A stretch of 64,000 nucleotides of DNA from Candidatus Woesebacteria bacterium GW2011_GWB1_33_22 (GTDB lineage: Bacteria; Patescibacteriota; Microgenomatia; UBA8517). Below, in pieces: positions 1 through 9,181 of the stretch. Position numbers and translations under genes: made by a program. Every line of letters begins with the position of its first letter. Position 1 is the stretch's first letter. The DNA is taken from positions 47,660 through 111,659 of the forward strand of contig LBOW01000001.1 in assembly GCA_000989765.1 (NCBI GenBank). The letters are read 5' to 3'. Under the pieces are notes generated by a model. That model worked only from the letters and a program-made list of their open reading frames with translations. It made no database searches and was not told the origin of the DNA.

Positions 1-201
1 ATTATTGGTTGTGGTGGTGTATTTAATGCAGAAGATGCTTGGGTTAAATTTACAAACGGCGCAAGTTTAGTTCAGCTTATAACAGGTATGATTTTTGAAG
101 GGCCTCAATTAATTGCACAAATAAATAGAGATTTGTCATATAAACTTTCTAAAGAAGGATACAAAAATATTGCCGAAATAGTTGGAATTAATGTAAACTA
201 A
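1..201 (+). CDS. pyrD: dihydroorotate dehydrogenase, C-terminal fragment (5' partial at window edge)
   Basis: Frame 1 reads [45 protein letters not shown], which matches the conserved PyrD C-terminus (IIGvGGI...GASLVQ.Y.G.i..GP.li..i). Stop codon at 199-201. Confidence 0.75.
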   Translation: MIGCGGVFNAEDAWVKFTNGASLVQLITGMIFEGPQLIAQINRDLSYKLSKEGYKNIAEIVGINVN

Positions 202-207
202 ATATAT

Positions 208-924
208 ATGAAGACAGCAGTGATTACGGGTGCCGGTGGGGCTATGGGTAGTGAATTGGTCAAAGCTTTAGAAAAAGAAGACGTAACTTGTATTTTAATT
301 GAGAGAGAAAGGGATCTTCTAGGAGAATTGGTTCATATGCTGGATGGTAATAAACACTTTTTTTATAAAGCAGATTTTACCAATCAAAAAGATATTCAAA
401 ATATTATAAGCAATATTATCAGTAAGCATCAAAAAATTGACTATCTTTTTAATGTGGCAGGTATTGGAATTTATAAAAAACTAGAGGATTTAACACTTTC
501 CGAATGGAGAGCTTCAATGGATATAAATGTAAATTCTATATTTTTGTTTTCAAAAGGACTCTTACCTCTATTAAAAAATTCTAAAAATGCAATGGTACTC
601 TCTTTTGGTTCGGGAATGGGAATATATCCTAAAGAAAATAGAGTTGCCTACTGTGCTTCTAAATTTGCACTTCGAGGACTTTCTTTGACTTTATCTCGTG
701 AGTTTAAAGGGCGAGGTGTTGACTTTGTACTATTAACTCTTGGCTCTGTTATGACAGATTTTGGCACAGGCGGTTTAATTTATAGAAAAAAACTTGAAAC
801 TAACGGCAAAAAATATTTAAATGTAGAAGAAGTAATTTCTAAAGTAATAGAAATAATAAAATTATCTTCAAGGAAAGAGGAATATACCCTTTTCCCTGAA
901 GGATATGAAGAGGAAACTAAGTAG
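208..924 (+). CDS. short-chain dehydrogenase/reductase (classical SDR) family oxidoreductase
   Basis: N-terminal Rossmann motif ITGAGGAMG, catalytic YCASK (YxxxK) motif, about 238 aa as is typical for classical SDRs. Confidence 0.8.
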   Translation: MKTAVITGAGGAMGSELVKALEKEDVTCILIERERDLLGELVHMLDGNKHFFYKADFTNQKDIQNIISNIISKHQKIDYLFNVAGIGIYKKLEDLTLSEWRASMDINVNSIFLFSKGLLPLLKNSKNAMVLSFGSGMGIYPKENRVAYCASKFALRGLSLTLSREFKGRGVDFVLLTLGSVMTDFGTGGLIYRKKLETNGKKYLNVEEVISKVIEIIKLSSRKEEYTLFPEGYEEETK

Positions 925-938
925 GATATAATTACTTT

Positions 939-1349
939 GTGAATTATTATCAAACTAAATCAACTTTGTTGCATGGTTCAAATTACAAAGAAATTAAAAA
1001 AAACTCAGATAAGTTATTTGCATCACTTCAAAAACAAACTAAGCGTCAGCCTTATGTTCGATCAGCATATTTTAGTAAGCAAAAAATATTTTTCAATCTA
1101 TTTTGGATACACCTATTTGATAAACCTGATAAAATAAGGTCAGAGAGACTTAGATTTTTAAAATGTGGGATTGAATTGATTCAAAAATCGAGAAATCATC
1201 CTGAAAGCAAAGATAATCTAAATAACAAAGCTGAGATTTTGCATCGATTTATGGGAATTACAAAAAATAAAATAAAATTTGCTGTACAAATTAAAGAAAT
1301 AAAACGGACAGGAAAAAAGTATTTAATGTCTGTATTTTTATATGATTAG
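939..1349 (+). CDS. hypothetical basic (Lys/Arg-rich) protein
   Basis: 136-aa ORF with no recognisable motif. It is followed by a GC-rich hairpin, which suggests the end of a transcription unit. Confidence 0.4.
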   Translation: MNYYQTKSTLLHGSNYKEIKKNSDKLFASLQKQTKRQPYVRSAYFSKQKIFFNLFWIHLFDKPDKIRSERLRFLKCGIELIQKSRNHPESKDNLNNKAEILHRFMGITKNKIKFAVQIKEIKRTGKKYLMSVFLYD

Positions 1350-1362
1350 CAGATAAACAAGA

Positions 1363-1408
1363 AATTCCTCCGCCAGGTTGAAGTATATAAACTTCGGCCG
1401 AGGAATTA
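1363..1408 (+). terminator. GC-rich imperfect hairpin (AATTCCTCCGCC...GGCCGAGGAATT); putative terminator or attenuator between the SDR unit and the glycan cluster
   Basis: Inverted repeat of about 12 bp (one mismatch) around an AT-rich loop of about 20 nt, in an otherwise roughly 30% GC genome. There is no clean U-tract afterwards, so this could equally be regulatory. Confidence 0.25.
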
Positions 1409-1432
1409 TCTTAAAGAGTATAATAACATATT

Positions 1433-2422
1433 ATGTCAAGTAAATCAATCAAGATTGCGATTGTAAGTGGGGCATCCAAAAACGACGATGCCGTGAGGGG
1501 AATTGGAGTACACACTTCTCAACTGTTTGAACAGTTGAGACAATTATCAATTAACAATTATCAATTTTCAATTACCAAGAGTACTAGCCAAGCTGATATA
1601 GTTCATTTTACTGTTTTTAGACCGTTTTTTATTTCTTTACCATTTTTTAAATCAAAGAACCAAAAATTGGTTTTGACAATTCATGATTTGATTCCATTGA
1701 TCTACCCTAATCATTATCCTGCTGGAATTAGAGGTAAAATTAAATTTTTAATTAACAAGTTTTTGGTTTGGAAAAATATTGATCAAATTATAACTATTTC
1801 TGAAACTAGCAAAAAGGATATTTGCAGATTTTTACAAGTTGATCCAAAAATTGTCAATGTAATTTATCTTGCCCCAAAAGAAATTTATAAAAAATCTAAA
1901 GTTATTAATAATTATAAATTACCCAATAAATTTGTACTGTACACAGGGGATATTAATTATAATAAAAATATTCCTAATTTAATTAAAGCTTGTGAAATTG
2001 CAAAAATTCCCTTAGTTATTGCAGGTAAGCACGCTAAAGAAATTCAAAATATGGATTTAAAACATGCAGAATTAAAACACCTTAACAATATTGATTGGTC
2101 AGGTGTAATTAGGGTTGGTTTTGTCCCCGATGAAATTCTAGTTGATTTATATAATTTAGCAACAGTTTATGTACAGCCTTCTTTGTATGAAGGTTTTGGA
2201 TTGCCTGTTTTAGATGCTGTTGCTTGTGGTACACCAATTGTCGTTACGAAAACACAAGCGTTGGTTGAAATACTTGGAACAAATTTAAATTATGTTGATC
2301 CTAACGATCCAAAAGATATGGCACGAGGAATTTTAAATCCAAATAAAAATATAAAATTACCAAGAGAATATTCATGGCAGAAAACAGCTGAAGAAACATT
2401 AGAAGTCTATGTCAAAGCGTGA
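1433..2422 (+). CDS. glycosyltransferase, GT-B fold (GT4-like)
   Basis: C-terminal motif EGFGLPVLDAVACGTPIVVT is the classic GT4 E-x7-E region. N-terminal Rossmann-like half. Confidence 0.85.
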   Translation: MSSKSIKIAIVSGASKNDDAVRGIGVHTSQLFEQLRQLSINNYQFSITKSTSQADIVHFTVFRPFFISLPFFKSKNQKLVLTIHDLIPLIYPNHYPAGIRGKIKFLINKFLVWKNIDQIITISETSKKDICRFLQVDPKIVNVIYLAPKEIYKKSKVINNYKLPNKFVLYTGDINYNKNIPNLIKACEIAKIPLVIAGKHAKEIQNMDLKHAELKHLNNIDWSGVIRVGFVPDEILVDLYNLATVYVQPSLYEGFGLPVLDAVACGTPIVVTKTQALVEILGTNLNYVDPNDPKDMARGILNPNKNIKLPREYSWQKTAEETLEVYVKA

Positions 2423-3446
2423 TTATTGGTTTATTTTAAAAAGTTATTTGGTTTGGAGAATTGCAATAACGATTGTAGCTATATTGGCCATTAATTATAT
2501 ACCAAGATTTAGTGATAATTTTTTCGGGGGGAGATTATTAAATTACGAAGCTAATCCACTTCTTTGGGGATGGGCAAATTTTGACGGAGAACATTACCTT
2601 TCTATTGCTATAAACGGTTATAAAGATTTACAACAAGCTTATTTTCCCTTTTATCCCCTTTTAATAAGATTATTTGGTGGTTCTATCGTTGTGGCAATTC
2701 TAATTTCTAATATCTCATTTCTAGTTGCTATCGTAGGTTTATACAAATTAATTAGATTGGATTATTCAGAAAAAACAGCAGAATTAGCCATTATTTTACT
2801 TTTAATATTTCCAACCTCTTTCTTTTTTGCAACTGTCTATACAGAAAGTTTATTTTTAGCTCTTGTTGTTTGGAGTTTTTTTCTTTTTAGAAGGCAAAAG
2901 TATTTTTCTGGGTTAGTTTTAGGTACATTATCTTCTTTAACGCGTGCAATTGGTATTATTCCAATTGGGTTACTTTCATATATGACTTATTCAAAATATC
3001 GCTGGGGTGATTATCTTACTTTTTTTCATAATCAAACCTATTTTGGTGAGCATAGGAGTAACCAAATAATTTTATTGCCTCAAGTCTTATATAGGTATTT
3101 AGTTAAGATTATTCCTAATTTAAATTGGGAATATTTTCCAATAGTTTTTACAACCTTTCTTGAAGCAATTATTGCTATTATATTCTTAATTATAATCATT
3201 TATTCTTTCAAAAGAATTAGATTTGAATATTGGTTGTTTTTAGCCTTTGGATATTTATTACCAACGTTATCTGGAAGTTTTTCGTCACTCCCAAGATATG
3301 TTGTAGTCTTATTCCCAGCTTTTATATACATGGCAACAAGATTCAAAGATATTAAAAAAAGTTTTTTAATCGTAGGGCTATTCATAACAAGTTTGATTGC
3401 AATCGCTACAGAAATGATGTTTATTAGGGGTTATTTTGTGTCATAG
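2409..3446 (+). CDS. polytopic membrane glycosyltransferase-like protein (GT-C, PIG-V/DUF2029-like mannosyltransferase motif)
   Basis: About 10 TM helices. Motif WANFDGEHYLSIAINGY followed by FPFYPLL resembles the WDg.hYl.IA..GY / FPlyP signature of PIG-V-like mannosyltransferases. Start overlaps the upstream stop. Confidence 0.5.
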   Translation: MSKRDYWFILKSYLVWRIAITIVAILAINYIPRFSDNFFGGRLLNYEANPLLWGWANFDGEHYLSIAINGYKDLQQAYFPFYPLLIRLFGGSIVVAILISNISFLVAIVGLYKLIRLDYSEKTAELAIILLLIFPTSFFFATVYTESLFLALVVWSFFLFRRQKYFSGLVLGTLSSLTRAIGIIPIGLLSYMTYSKYRWGDYLTFFHNQTYFGEHRSNQIILLPQVLYRYLVKIIPNLNWEYFPIVFTTFLEAIIAIIFLIIIIYSFKRIRFEYWLFLAFGYLLPTLSGSFSSLPRYVVVLFPAFIYMATRFKDIKKSFLIVGLFITSLIAIATEMMFIRGYFVS

Positions 3447-3454
3447 AGCATAAT

Positions 3455-4705
3455 ATGAAAAAAATAAAAGATTTAATGAAACATCCACTTTTTTCGGGTA
3501 GTGCAATCATGTTTGTTGGGAGTATGGGAGCCAACGCAATTAATTATTTGTACCATTTAATTATGGGTAGGCTTCTTGGCCCTGTTGAATATGGAATTTT
3601 GGCGAGTCTCTATTCAATCATGTATTTAATTAGCATTATTCCGTCTTCTGCTAGTGTTTCTATAGTTAAATATATTTCTTCGTCTAAAAGTATAAATGTA
3701 TATTCGGTTTATTCAGAAATTAATAAATTTATTTTTAAAATTTCATTGATAATTTCATTATTAATTCTTTTCTCATCAAAAGTAATTGCAAATTTCTTAA
3801 ATATTGATAATTTATTATCAATAATACTTCTTGCTCCTGTTTTATTTTTATCTTTGGTTACATTAGTTAATCAGGCAACATCACAGGGGCTGATTAAATT
3901 TGTTGGACATATTGTTCCGAATTTAATATCTTCAGTATTTAAACTATTGCTTGGAATATTTTTTATTTATATTGGATGGTCGGTTGCTGGTGCGATGTTT
4001 GCAGTAACAATTGGTGCCCTTTTTGCTTATTTTTATAGTTTTAATTTTATAAAAAAACATATTTCTAAAACTAAATTACGAAAAATTGACATTATGCCAT
4101 TTATTAGATATTCGGCTCCAGTACTGTTACAGTCTTTGGCTTTTACATCTATATTTACAATCGATGTAATGTTGGCAAAACATTTTCTAGATCCTTTTTC
4201 GGCCGGAATTTATGCAGCTCTTTCAACATTAGGAAAAATAATCTTTTTTGCCACTTCTCCTGTTACTGCAACCATGTTTCCTGTAATCTCCAAAAGAATA
4301 AGTTTAAAACAAGAATATAAAAAAATATTTTTCCTATCACTTCTTGCCACTTTTGCTATCGCATTTGTAATAACCTGCTTTTATTGGATATTTCCAAATA
4401 TTGCCATTGGAGTATTGTATGGAAGAGAATACATTTCTGCTAAAACCGATTTAGTTTGGATGGGATTTTTTATTCTTTTTTATACTCTTTCAAACTTAAT
4501 TGTAAATTTCTTTCTTTCTATTGGCAAACTCAAAATTGTTATTATTCCAATTTTGGCTGCGCTGATTCAAATATTGGTTATTTGGACTAATCATGATAGT
4601 ATTACTGAAATTATACAGATATCTTTTTACACCACTTTAACAATGTTTATTTTGTTGATAGGATATACAGGCTACAATTTAATTTATGAACCAAAAAGAT
4701 TATAA
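3455..4705 (+). CDS. polysaccharide/oligosaccharide flippase (Wzx-like, MOP superfamily)
   Basis: 416 aa with about 12-14 TM helices. N-terminal region typical of polysaccharide biosynthesis (Wzx) proteins. Sits in a glycan locus. Confidence 0.7.
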   Translation: MKKIKDLMKHPLFSGSAIMFVGSMGANAINYLYHLIMGRLLGPVEYGILASLYSIMYLISIIPSSASVSIVKYISSSKSINVYSVYSEINKFIFKISLIISLLILFSSKVIANFLNIDNLLSIILLAPVLFLSLVTLVNQATSQGLIKFVGHIVPNLISSVFKLLLGIFFIYIGWSVAGAMFAVTIGALFAYFYSFNFIKKHISKTKLRKIDIMPFIRYSAPVLLQSLAFTSIFTIDVMLAKHFLDPFSAGIYAALSTLGKIIFFATSPVTATMFPVISKRISLKQEYKKIFFLSLLATFAIAFVITCFYWIFPNIAIGVLYGREYISAKTDLVWMGFFILFYTLSNLIVNFFLSIGKLKIVIIPILAALIQILVIWTNHDSITEIIQISFYTTLTMFILLIGYTGYNLIYEPKRL

Positions 4706-4717
4706 ATTAAAAAAATT

Positions 4718-5494
4718 ATGAACCAAAAAAATAAAGGCAAAAATCAATTTCTATCTGTTATTGTTCCAACTTATAAACAAGAAAGAACGATAAAAAAAGA
4801 TTTAGAAAATATTATTGACACACTTGATAGTGGTTTATCAAATATTGACTTTGAAATAATTTGTGTGATTGACGGTAAAATTGATAATACTTCAAAAGAA
4901 GCAAAAAAAATTAAATCAAACAAACTAAAAGTGTATGAATATAACAATAATCAGGGTAAGGGTTATGCTGTTAGATTTGGGATGAGTAAGGCAAAAGGTG
5001 ATTTGATATCTTTTCTAGATGCGGGTATGGATATTTCTCCAAAGGGAATAATGATGCTTATGGCACATATGGATTGGTACAACGCTGATATTATAGTAGG
5101 TAGTAAAAAACATCCAGTTTCTAAAGTTAACTACCCAATTTTAAGAAAAATATTAAGTTTGGGTTATCATCTAGGGGTTAGAATTCTTTTTGGACTTGAT
5201 CTTTCTGATACTCAAAGTGGTATAAAAATATTTAGAAGAGAAGTGGTGGAAAAAATACTTCCTAGACTTTTAGTTAAAACTTATGCAATGGATATTGAAA
5301 TGCTGGCTGTGGCTAAATACTTAGGCTTTGACAGAATTTACGAAGGTCCAATTGAAGTAACATTTAGTAAACTAACAAGTGCAGTTAGATGGAACACTAG
5401 TTTTAAGATGGCATGGGATACCTTAGCAGTTTTTTACCGATTAAAAGTTCTTCATTATTATGATGACAAAAATATAAACAACTGGATAAATTAG
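4718..5494 (+). CDS. glycosyltransferase family 2 (GT-A fold)
   Basis: N-terminal SVIVPTYKQE..., DGKIDNTS, and the DxD-like FLDAG motif. Confidence 0.8.
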   Translation: MNQKNKGKNQFLSVIVPTYKQERTIKKDLENIIDTLDSGLSNIDFEIICVIDGKIDNTSKEAKKIKSNKLKVYEYNNNQGKGYAVRFGMSKAKGDLISFLDAGMDISPKGIMMLMAHMDWYNADIIVGSKKHPVSKVNYPILRKILSLGYHLGVRILFGLDLSDTQSGIKIFRREVVEKILPRLLVKTYAMDIEMLAVAKYLGFDRIYEGPIEVTFSKLTSAVRWNTSFKMAWDTLAVFYRLKVLHYYDDKNINNWIN

Positions 5495-5509
5495 ATTATA
5501 ATACCGGTT

Positions 5510-6484
5510 ATGACTATTATAAGTATTGAAAGTATGAATAAAGGTATGAAAGTAGTAAATTCTGTTCGTACTGCAATGAACGACTTGATGCCTCCAATAG
5601 AAATTAAGGCCTCAAAAAGAGATTTAACTATCTCTCTGGGAATAGCAGTATCTGAAAAAGAGAATGATTGGTATGGTGCGTTAAGTATATTTGGGAATAT
5701 TTATAAAGATAATGATGGAAATCCAACAAATGATGAGCGTGTTAAAGCTGGAATATGGGCAAGTCAGATGCTTATAAATCTAGGTAGACTTAAACAGGCA
5801 ACTGGCATACTTGATGGATGTTCAAAATTGTTGGCTAAAATAAATGATGACGATTTAAAATTACAACTTGAAGCCTTCGTTTTAGAAAAAAGAGCATGGG
5901 TCTCCGATTATCGAGGAAAACCTAAAATGGCATTAAAATACTTAAATGATGCAAAAAATCTTTTTGATTCTCTTGGTGCGGGTTTGTCTGATGAATTTGT
6001 CGAGTCTCGATCAACAGTCGAACATTTTTTGGGACGAGTCAATTTCGAGTTAGGAAATTTTGATACTGCGATAATTCATTTTAATATAGATTTAGGTAAT
6101 TACAAAAGGGGTAGAAAAAATGGTAAACCTAAATCGTATGGTGAAGCATTTAATCTTGAATGGTTAGCTAGATGTTACGCATACAAAAACGAATTTCAAA
6201 GATCAAGGGAGCTTATTGATGAATCAATTCCATTTTTTGAGGAAGAATCAAAACTGAGAGGGAGTAGAGCAATAATTGCGCATTATTGCTTGACGAATGC
6301 AGAGATATCATTATTAGATTCAAAACCTACAGATGCTGTTTATTTTGCAAATGAAGCATTAAAACTGCGCGAGACGGAATTGCCAAAGTTTTCTAAAGGA
6401 AAAATAGAAGCTAGATTTGTTTTAGCGATCGCCCTATATTCTAGTATACCTTTTGTTTTTAAGGACCTTTTTGATCTTAACTAA
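5510..6484 (+). CDS. hypothetical soluble helical (TPR-like?) protein
   Basis: 324-aa ORF with no TM segments and noticeably less AT-skewed composition than its neighbours. No catalytic motif recognised. Confidence 0.5.
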   Translation: MTIISIESMNKGMKVVNSVRTAMNDLMPPIEIKASKRDLTISLGIAVSEKENDWYGALSIFGNIYKDNDGNPTNDERVKAGIWASQMLINLGRLKQATGILDGCSKLLAKINDDDLKLQLEAFVLEKRAWVSDYRGKPKMALKYLNDAKNLFDSLGAGLSDEFVESRSTVEHFLGRVNFELGNFDTAIIHFNIDLGNYKRGRKNGKPKSYGEAFNLEWLARCYAYKNEFQRSRELIDESIPFFEEESKLRGSRAIIAHYCLTNAEISLLDSKPTDAVYFANEALKLRETELPKFSKGKIEARFVLAIALYSSIPFVFKDLFDLN

Positions 6485-6496
6485 ATCTAGTACAAT

Positions 6497-7618
6497 ATGA
6501 TTTGCATGAATATTTTAGTTTTTTCTTGGCGTGATCCAAAACACCCGTTAGCTGGTGGTGCTGAGCAAGTGATGCATGAACACATGAAAGGGTGGATTGA
6601 AGTAGGTCATAATGTCACATTTTTTTCATCAAAGGTAAAAGGTCTTGTTGATTATGAGAAAATAGATGGAGTAGAAATAATTAGACAAGGAAATCAATAT
6701 TTAGGTGTCCAAATTAAAGGTTTTTTATATTACCTAAAAAATATAAATAATTTTGATTTGATAGTTGACCAGTTTCATGGTATTCCTTTTTTTACACCAC
6801 TGTACGTTAAAAAACCAATCCTCGCGGTTTTACAGGAAGTTGCCAAAGAGGTGTGGTTTAAAAATCCATTTAATTTTCCAATAAATGTAATTGTTGGTTT
6901 AATTGGTTATATTTTAGAGCCTGTAATTTTTCTTTTGTATAAAAATTGTAAATTTATGGTTGGCTCAAATTCTGCCAAAGAAGATTTAATTAAATTTATG
7001 ATACCTTCAAAAAATATTACAATAGTTCCGCATGGGGTATTGCTTCCCAAAAAATTGCCTGATCATAAAGTTACAAACCCCCAAATAGTTACCTATTTTG
7101 GGCCCCTAACGGGGGATAAGGGAATAATGGATGCAATAGAAACATTTAGTATTGTAAGTCTTTCAGGAGATTATAGATTTTACGTCATTGGTAGACCTGA
7201 AACCGACAATTATTATAGAAAAGTATTACAAAAGATTAACAAATACAAACTTAAAGAAAAAATCACATTTTATAAACGACCAGACGATGAAGAAAAGTTT
7301 AAGATTCTTTCAAAGTCGTATCTATTAATCAATCCGTCAATAAGAGAAGGGTGGGGACTTGTAAATATAGAAGCAAATTCTGTTGGTACTCCGGTAGTTG
7401 CATATAATTCAGCGGGTTTAGTAGATTCGGTTAAAGATGGGTATTCTGGGGTAATTGTTTCTGAAAATTCCCCTCAAAAAATAGCTGAAATAATTATCAA
7501 TCTCTTATTGAATAAGGATAAATATAAAAAACTTCAAAGGACGTCTATTCTCTGGAGCAAAAAATTTGATTGGAAGATATCAAAAAAAATATCTCAAAAA
7601 TTAATACCAAATATTTGA
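6497..7618 (+). CDS. glycosyltransferase, GT-B fold (GT4-like)
   Basis: MNILVFSWRDPKHPLAGGAEQ N-terminus; C-terminal EGWGLVNIEANSVGTPVVA...DGYSGV motif. An alternative start lies at Met4 (6506). Confidence 0.8.
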   Translation: MICMNILVFSWRDPKHPLAGGAEQVMHEHMKGWIEVGHNVTFFSSKVKGLVDYEKIDGVEIIRQGNQYLGVQIKGFLYYLKNINNFDLIVDQFHGIPFFTPLYVKKPILAVLQEVAKEVWFKNPFNFPINVIVGLIGYILEPVIFLLYKNCKFMVGSNSAKEDLIKFMIPSKNITIVPHGVLLPKKLPDHKVTNPQIVTYFGPLTGDKGIMDAIETFSIVSLSGDYRFYVIGRPETDNYYRKVLQKINKYKLKEKITFYKRPDDEEKFKILSKSYLLINPSIREGWGLVNIEANSVGTPVVAYNSAGLVDSVKDGYSGVIVSENSPQKIAEIIINLLLNKDKYKKLQRTSILWSKKFDWKISKKISQKLIPNI

Positions 7619-7640
7619 TAGAATACAAATAACAAAGTAT

Positions 7641-9167
7641 ATGAACAAAAAAGTAGTTTGGGTAGCAACACCAACATTTTTGTATAGAAATTATTTATAC
7701 CAGAAGATAATTTCTAAATTGCCTAGAAATTATAAGTTTCTATTAATAGGTACAGGTAGTGGATATTTTCTTGAAATTTTACAAAAAAGGGGTTTTCAGG
7801 GTACCGCTATTGACATATCTTCGGAATCTGTTTCTTGTGTTAAAAAAATATTAGATAAAAATAAAATACGAGTAAAAAAGGGAGATATTTTAAATTATCA
7901 AAGTAAAGAGAAATTTGATTTAATATTTTCCTTTGAGGTTATTGAGCATATCAAAGATGATCGCAAAGCCTTAAGTAATATGTACAAACTTTTAAAACCT
8001 GGAGGTAAGTTGATATTTTCGGTACCTGCACATATGAAAGCTTGGGGAAGGATGGATGAAATAGGTGGACATTTTCGTAGATACGAGAAGACAAGTTTAA
8101 CCGAATTGTTGTTAAAATGCGGTTTTAATATTGAAAATTTTTGGTCTTATGGTTTTCCATTTTTAAATGTTATTCAAAGGTTTAGTAAAACAGGCATGTT
8201 TGTTAAAAACTTTAATCATGGTATTTCGGTAAGTGAAAAAACTAAAAAATCTGGAATCAGAACTGATGCTGACCCAAGGTTTTCTTTTTTATATTCAAAC
8301 AAAATTCTATTATACCCATTTTTTTTAATTATGAATTTTTTTATTAAAACTGATTTAGGCTTTGGGTACCTAGTTGTTGCAGACAAAAAAATAAAAACAA
8401 AATTTTCAAACATATTAAAATCAATTCATAATAACTACGCAGTATTTAATGATGAAGTATTGGATGTCAAAGGTAGAACGATGATTGCTAGACAAATTAT
8501 AAAAGTTGTTTCAATATATAGAAATAATACTATTAAACCAAATTTAATGAAAATATTGGATATTGGTTGTTCTTCAGGTATAATTACAGACTATTTGTCT
8601 AAAGAATATGGTCAAGTTGTAGGGATTGATGTTGATAAAGAGTCAATAAATAGTGCCAAAAGTAAATTTAAAAATAAAAATTTAAATTTTTTAGTAAAAG
8701 ACGGTTCCAAAACTGGATTTCCTGATTCCTCCTTTGATGTAATAATTGCTAACCAAATTTATTATTGTTTTTTAAGACCAAAAGATTTTTTTGATGAAGT
8801 TTACCGACTATTAAAACCAGGAGGTATATGTTATTTTGGGGGAAGAAATAAATATACTCTTTGGGATGCACAATATAAACTTCCTCTCCTCTCGGTAATG
8901 CCAAGAAATTTGTCTGACTTTATGGTTAAAACAACGGGGCGTAGCGAAAAGTTTGAGGCTGAATATAGAACATATTGGCAATTGGAAAAAATGTGTAATA
9001 AATTTATAGTTGAAAAAATAACCCCCAAAGCGATTCATAATTATAAAAAATTCGGCTTTGAAAAATTTAAGAAATATAGATTGTTGTTCTCTTCGATACC
9101 TGAATTTGTATGGGCTATATTAGAACCGATACTACCGAATTTTGTTTGGATTTTGAAGAAAATGTAG
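7641..9167 (+). CDS. tandem (dual) class I SAM-dependent methyltransferase fusion
   Basis: Two complete MTase units. First: LLIGTGSGYF...FDLIFSFEVIEHIKDD...LKPGGKLIF. Second: ILDIGCSSGIITDYL...FDVIIANQ...LKPGGICYF. A hydrophobic linker (LLYPFFLIMNFFIKTDLGFGYLVV) lies between them. Confidence 0.75.
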   Translation: MNKKVVWVATPTFLYRNYLYQKIISKLPRNYKFLLIGTGSGYFLEILQKRGFQGTAIDISSESVSCVKKILDKNKIRVKKGDILNYQSKEKFDLIFSFEVIEHIKDDRKALSNMYKLLKPGGKLIFSVPAHMKAWGRMDEIGGHFRRYEKTSLTELLLKCGFNIENFWSYGFPFLNVIQRFSKTGMFVKNFNHGISVSEKTKKSGIRTDADPRFSFLYSNKILLYPFFLIMNFFIKTDLGFGYLVVADKKIKTKFSNILKSIHNNYAVFNDEVLDVKGRTMIARQIIKVVSIYRNNTIKPNLMKILDIGCSSGIITDYLSKEYGQVVGIDVDKESINSAKSKFKNKNLNFLVKDGSKTGFPDSSFDVIIANQIYYCFLRPKDFFDEVYRLLKPGGICYFGGRNKYTLWDAQYKLPLLSVMPRNLSDFMVKTTGRSEKFEAEYRTYWQLEKMCNKFIVEKITPKAIHNYKKFGFEKFKKYRLLFSSIPEFVWAILEPILPNFVWILKKM

Positions 9168-9181
9168 TAGAATACATTTAA

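Noticed and set aside
3200-3385. Short antisense ORFs inside large genes (3200-3385, 8216-8413, 8811-9038, 11131-11501, 16020-16259, 18729-18950, 19594-19932, 20801-20986, 22503-22736, 23574-23930, 25622-25942, 27001-27556, 28212-28979, 30170-30394, 36869-37133, 37356-37556, 39202-39399, 44462-44932, 46725-46973, 47965-48624, 49261-49467, 52784-53428, 54613-54795, 55867-56121, 56923-57597, 60658-60849, 62233-62475, 63812-63994)
   Set aside because: All lie inside or antisense to long ORFs with clear protein-family signatures. They have low-complexity AT-rich translations and no motifs, as expected from chance ORFs in a 30% GC genome.
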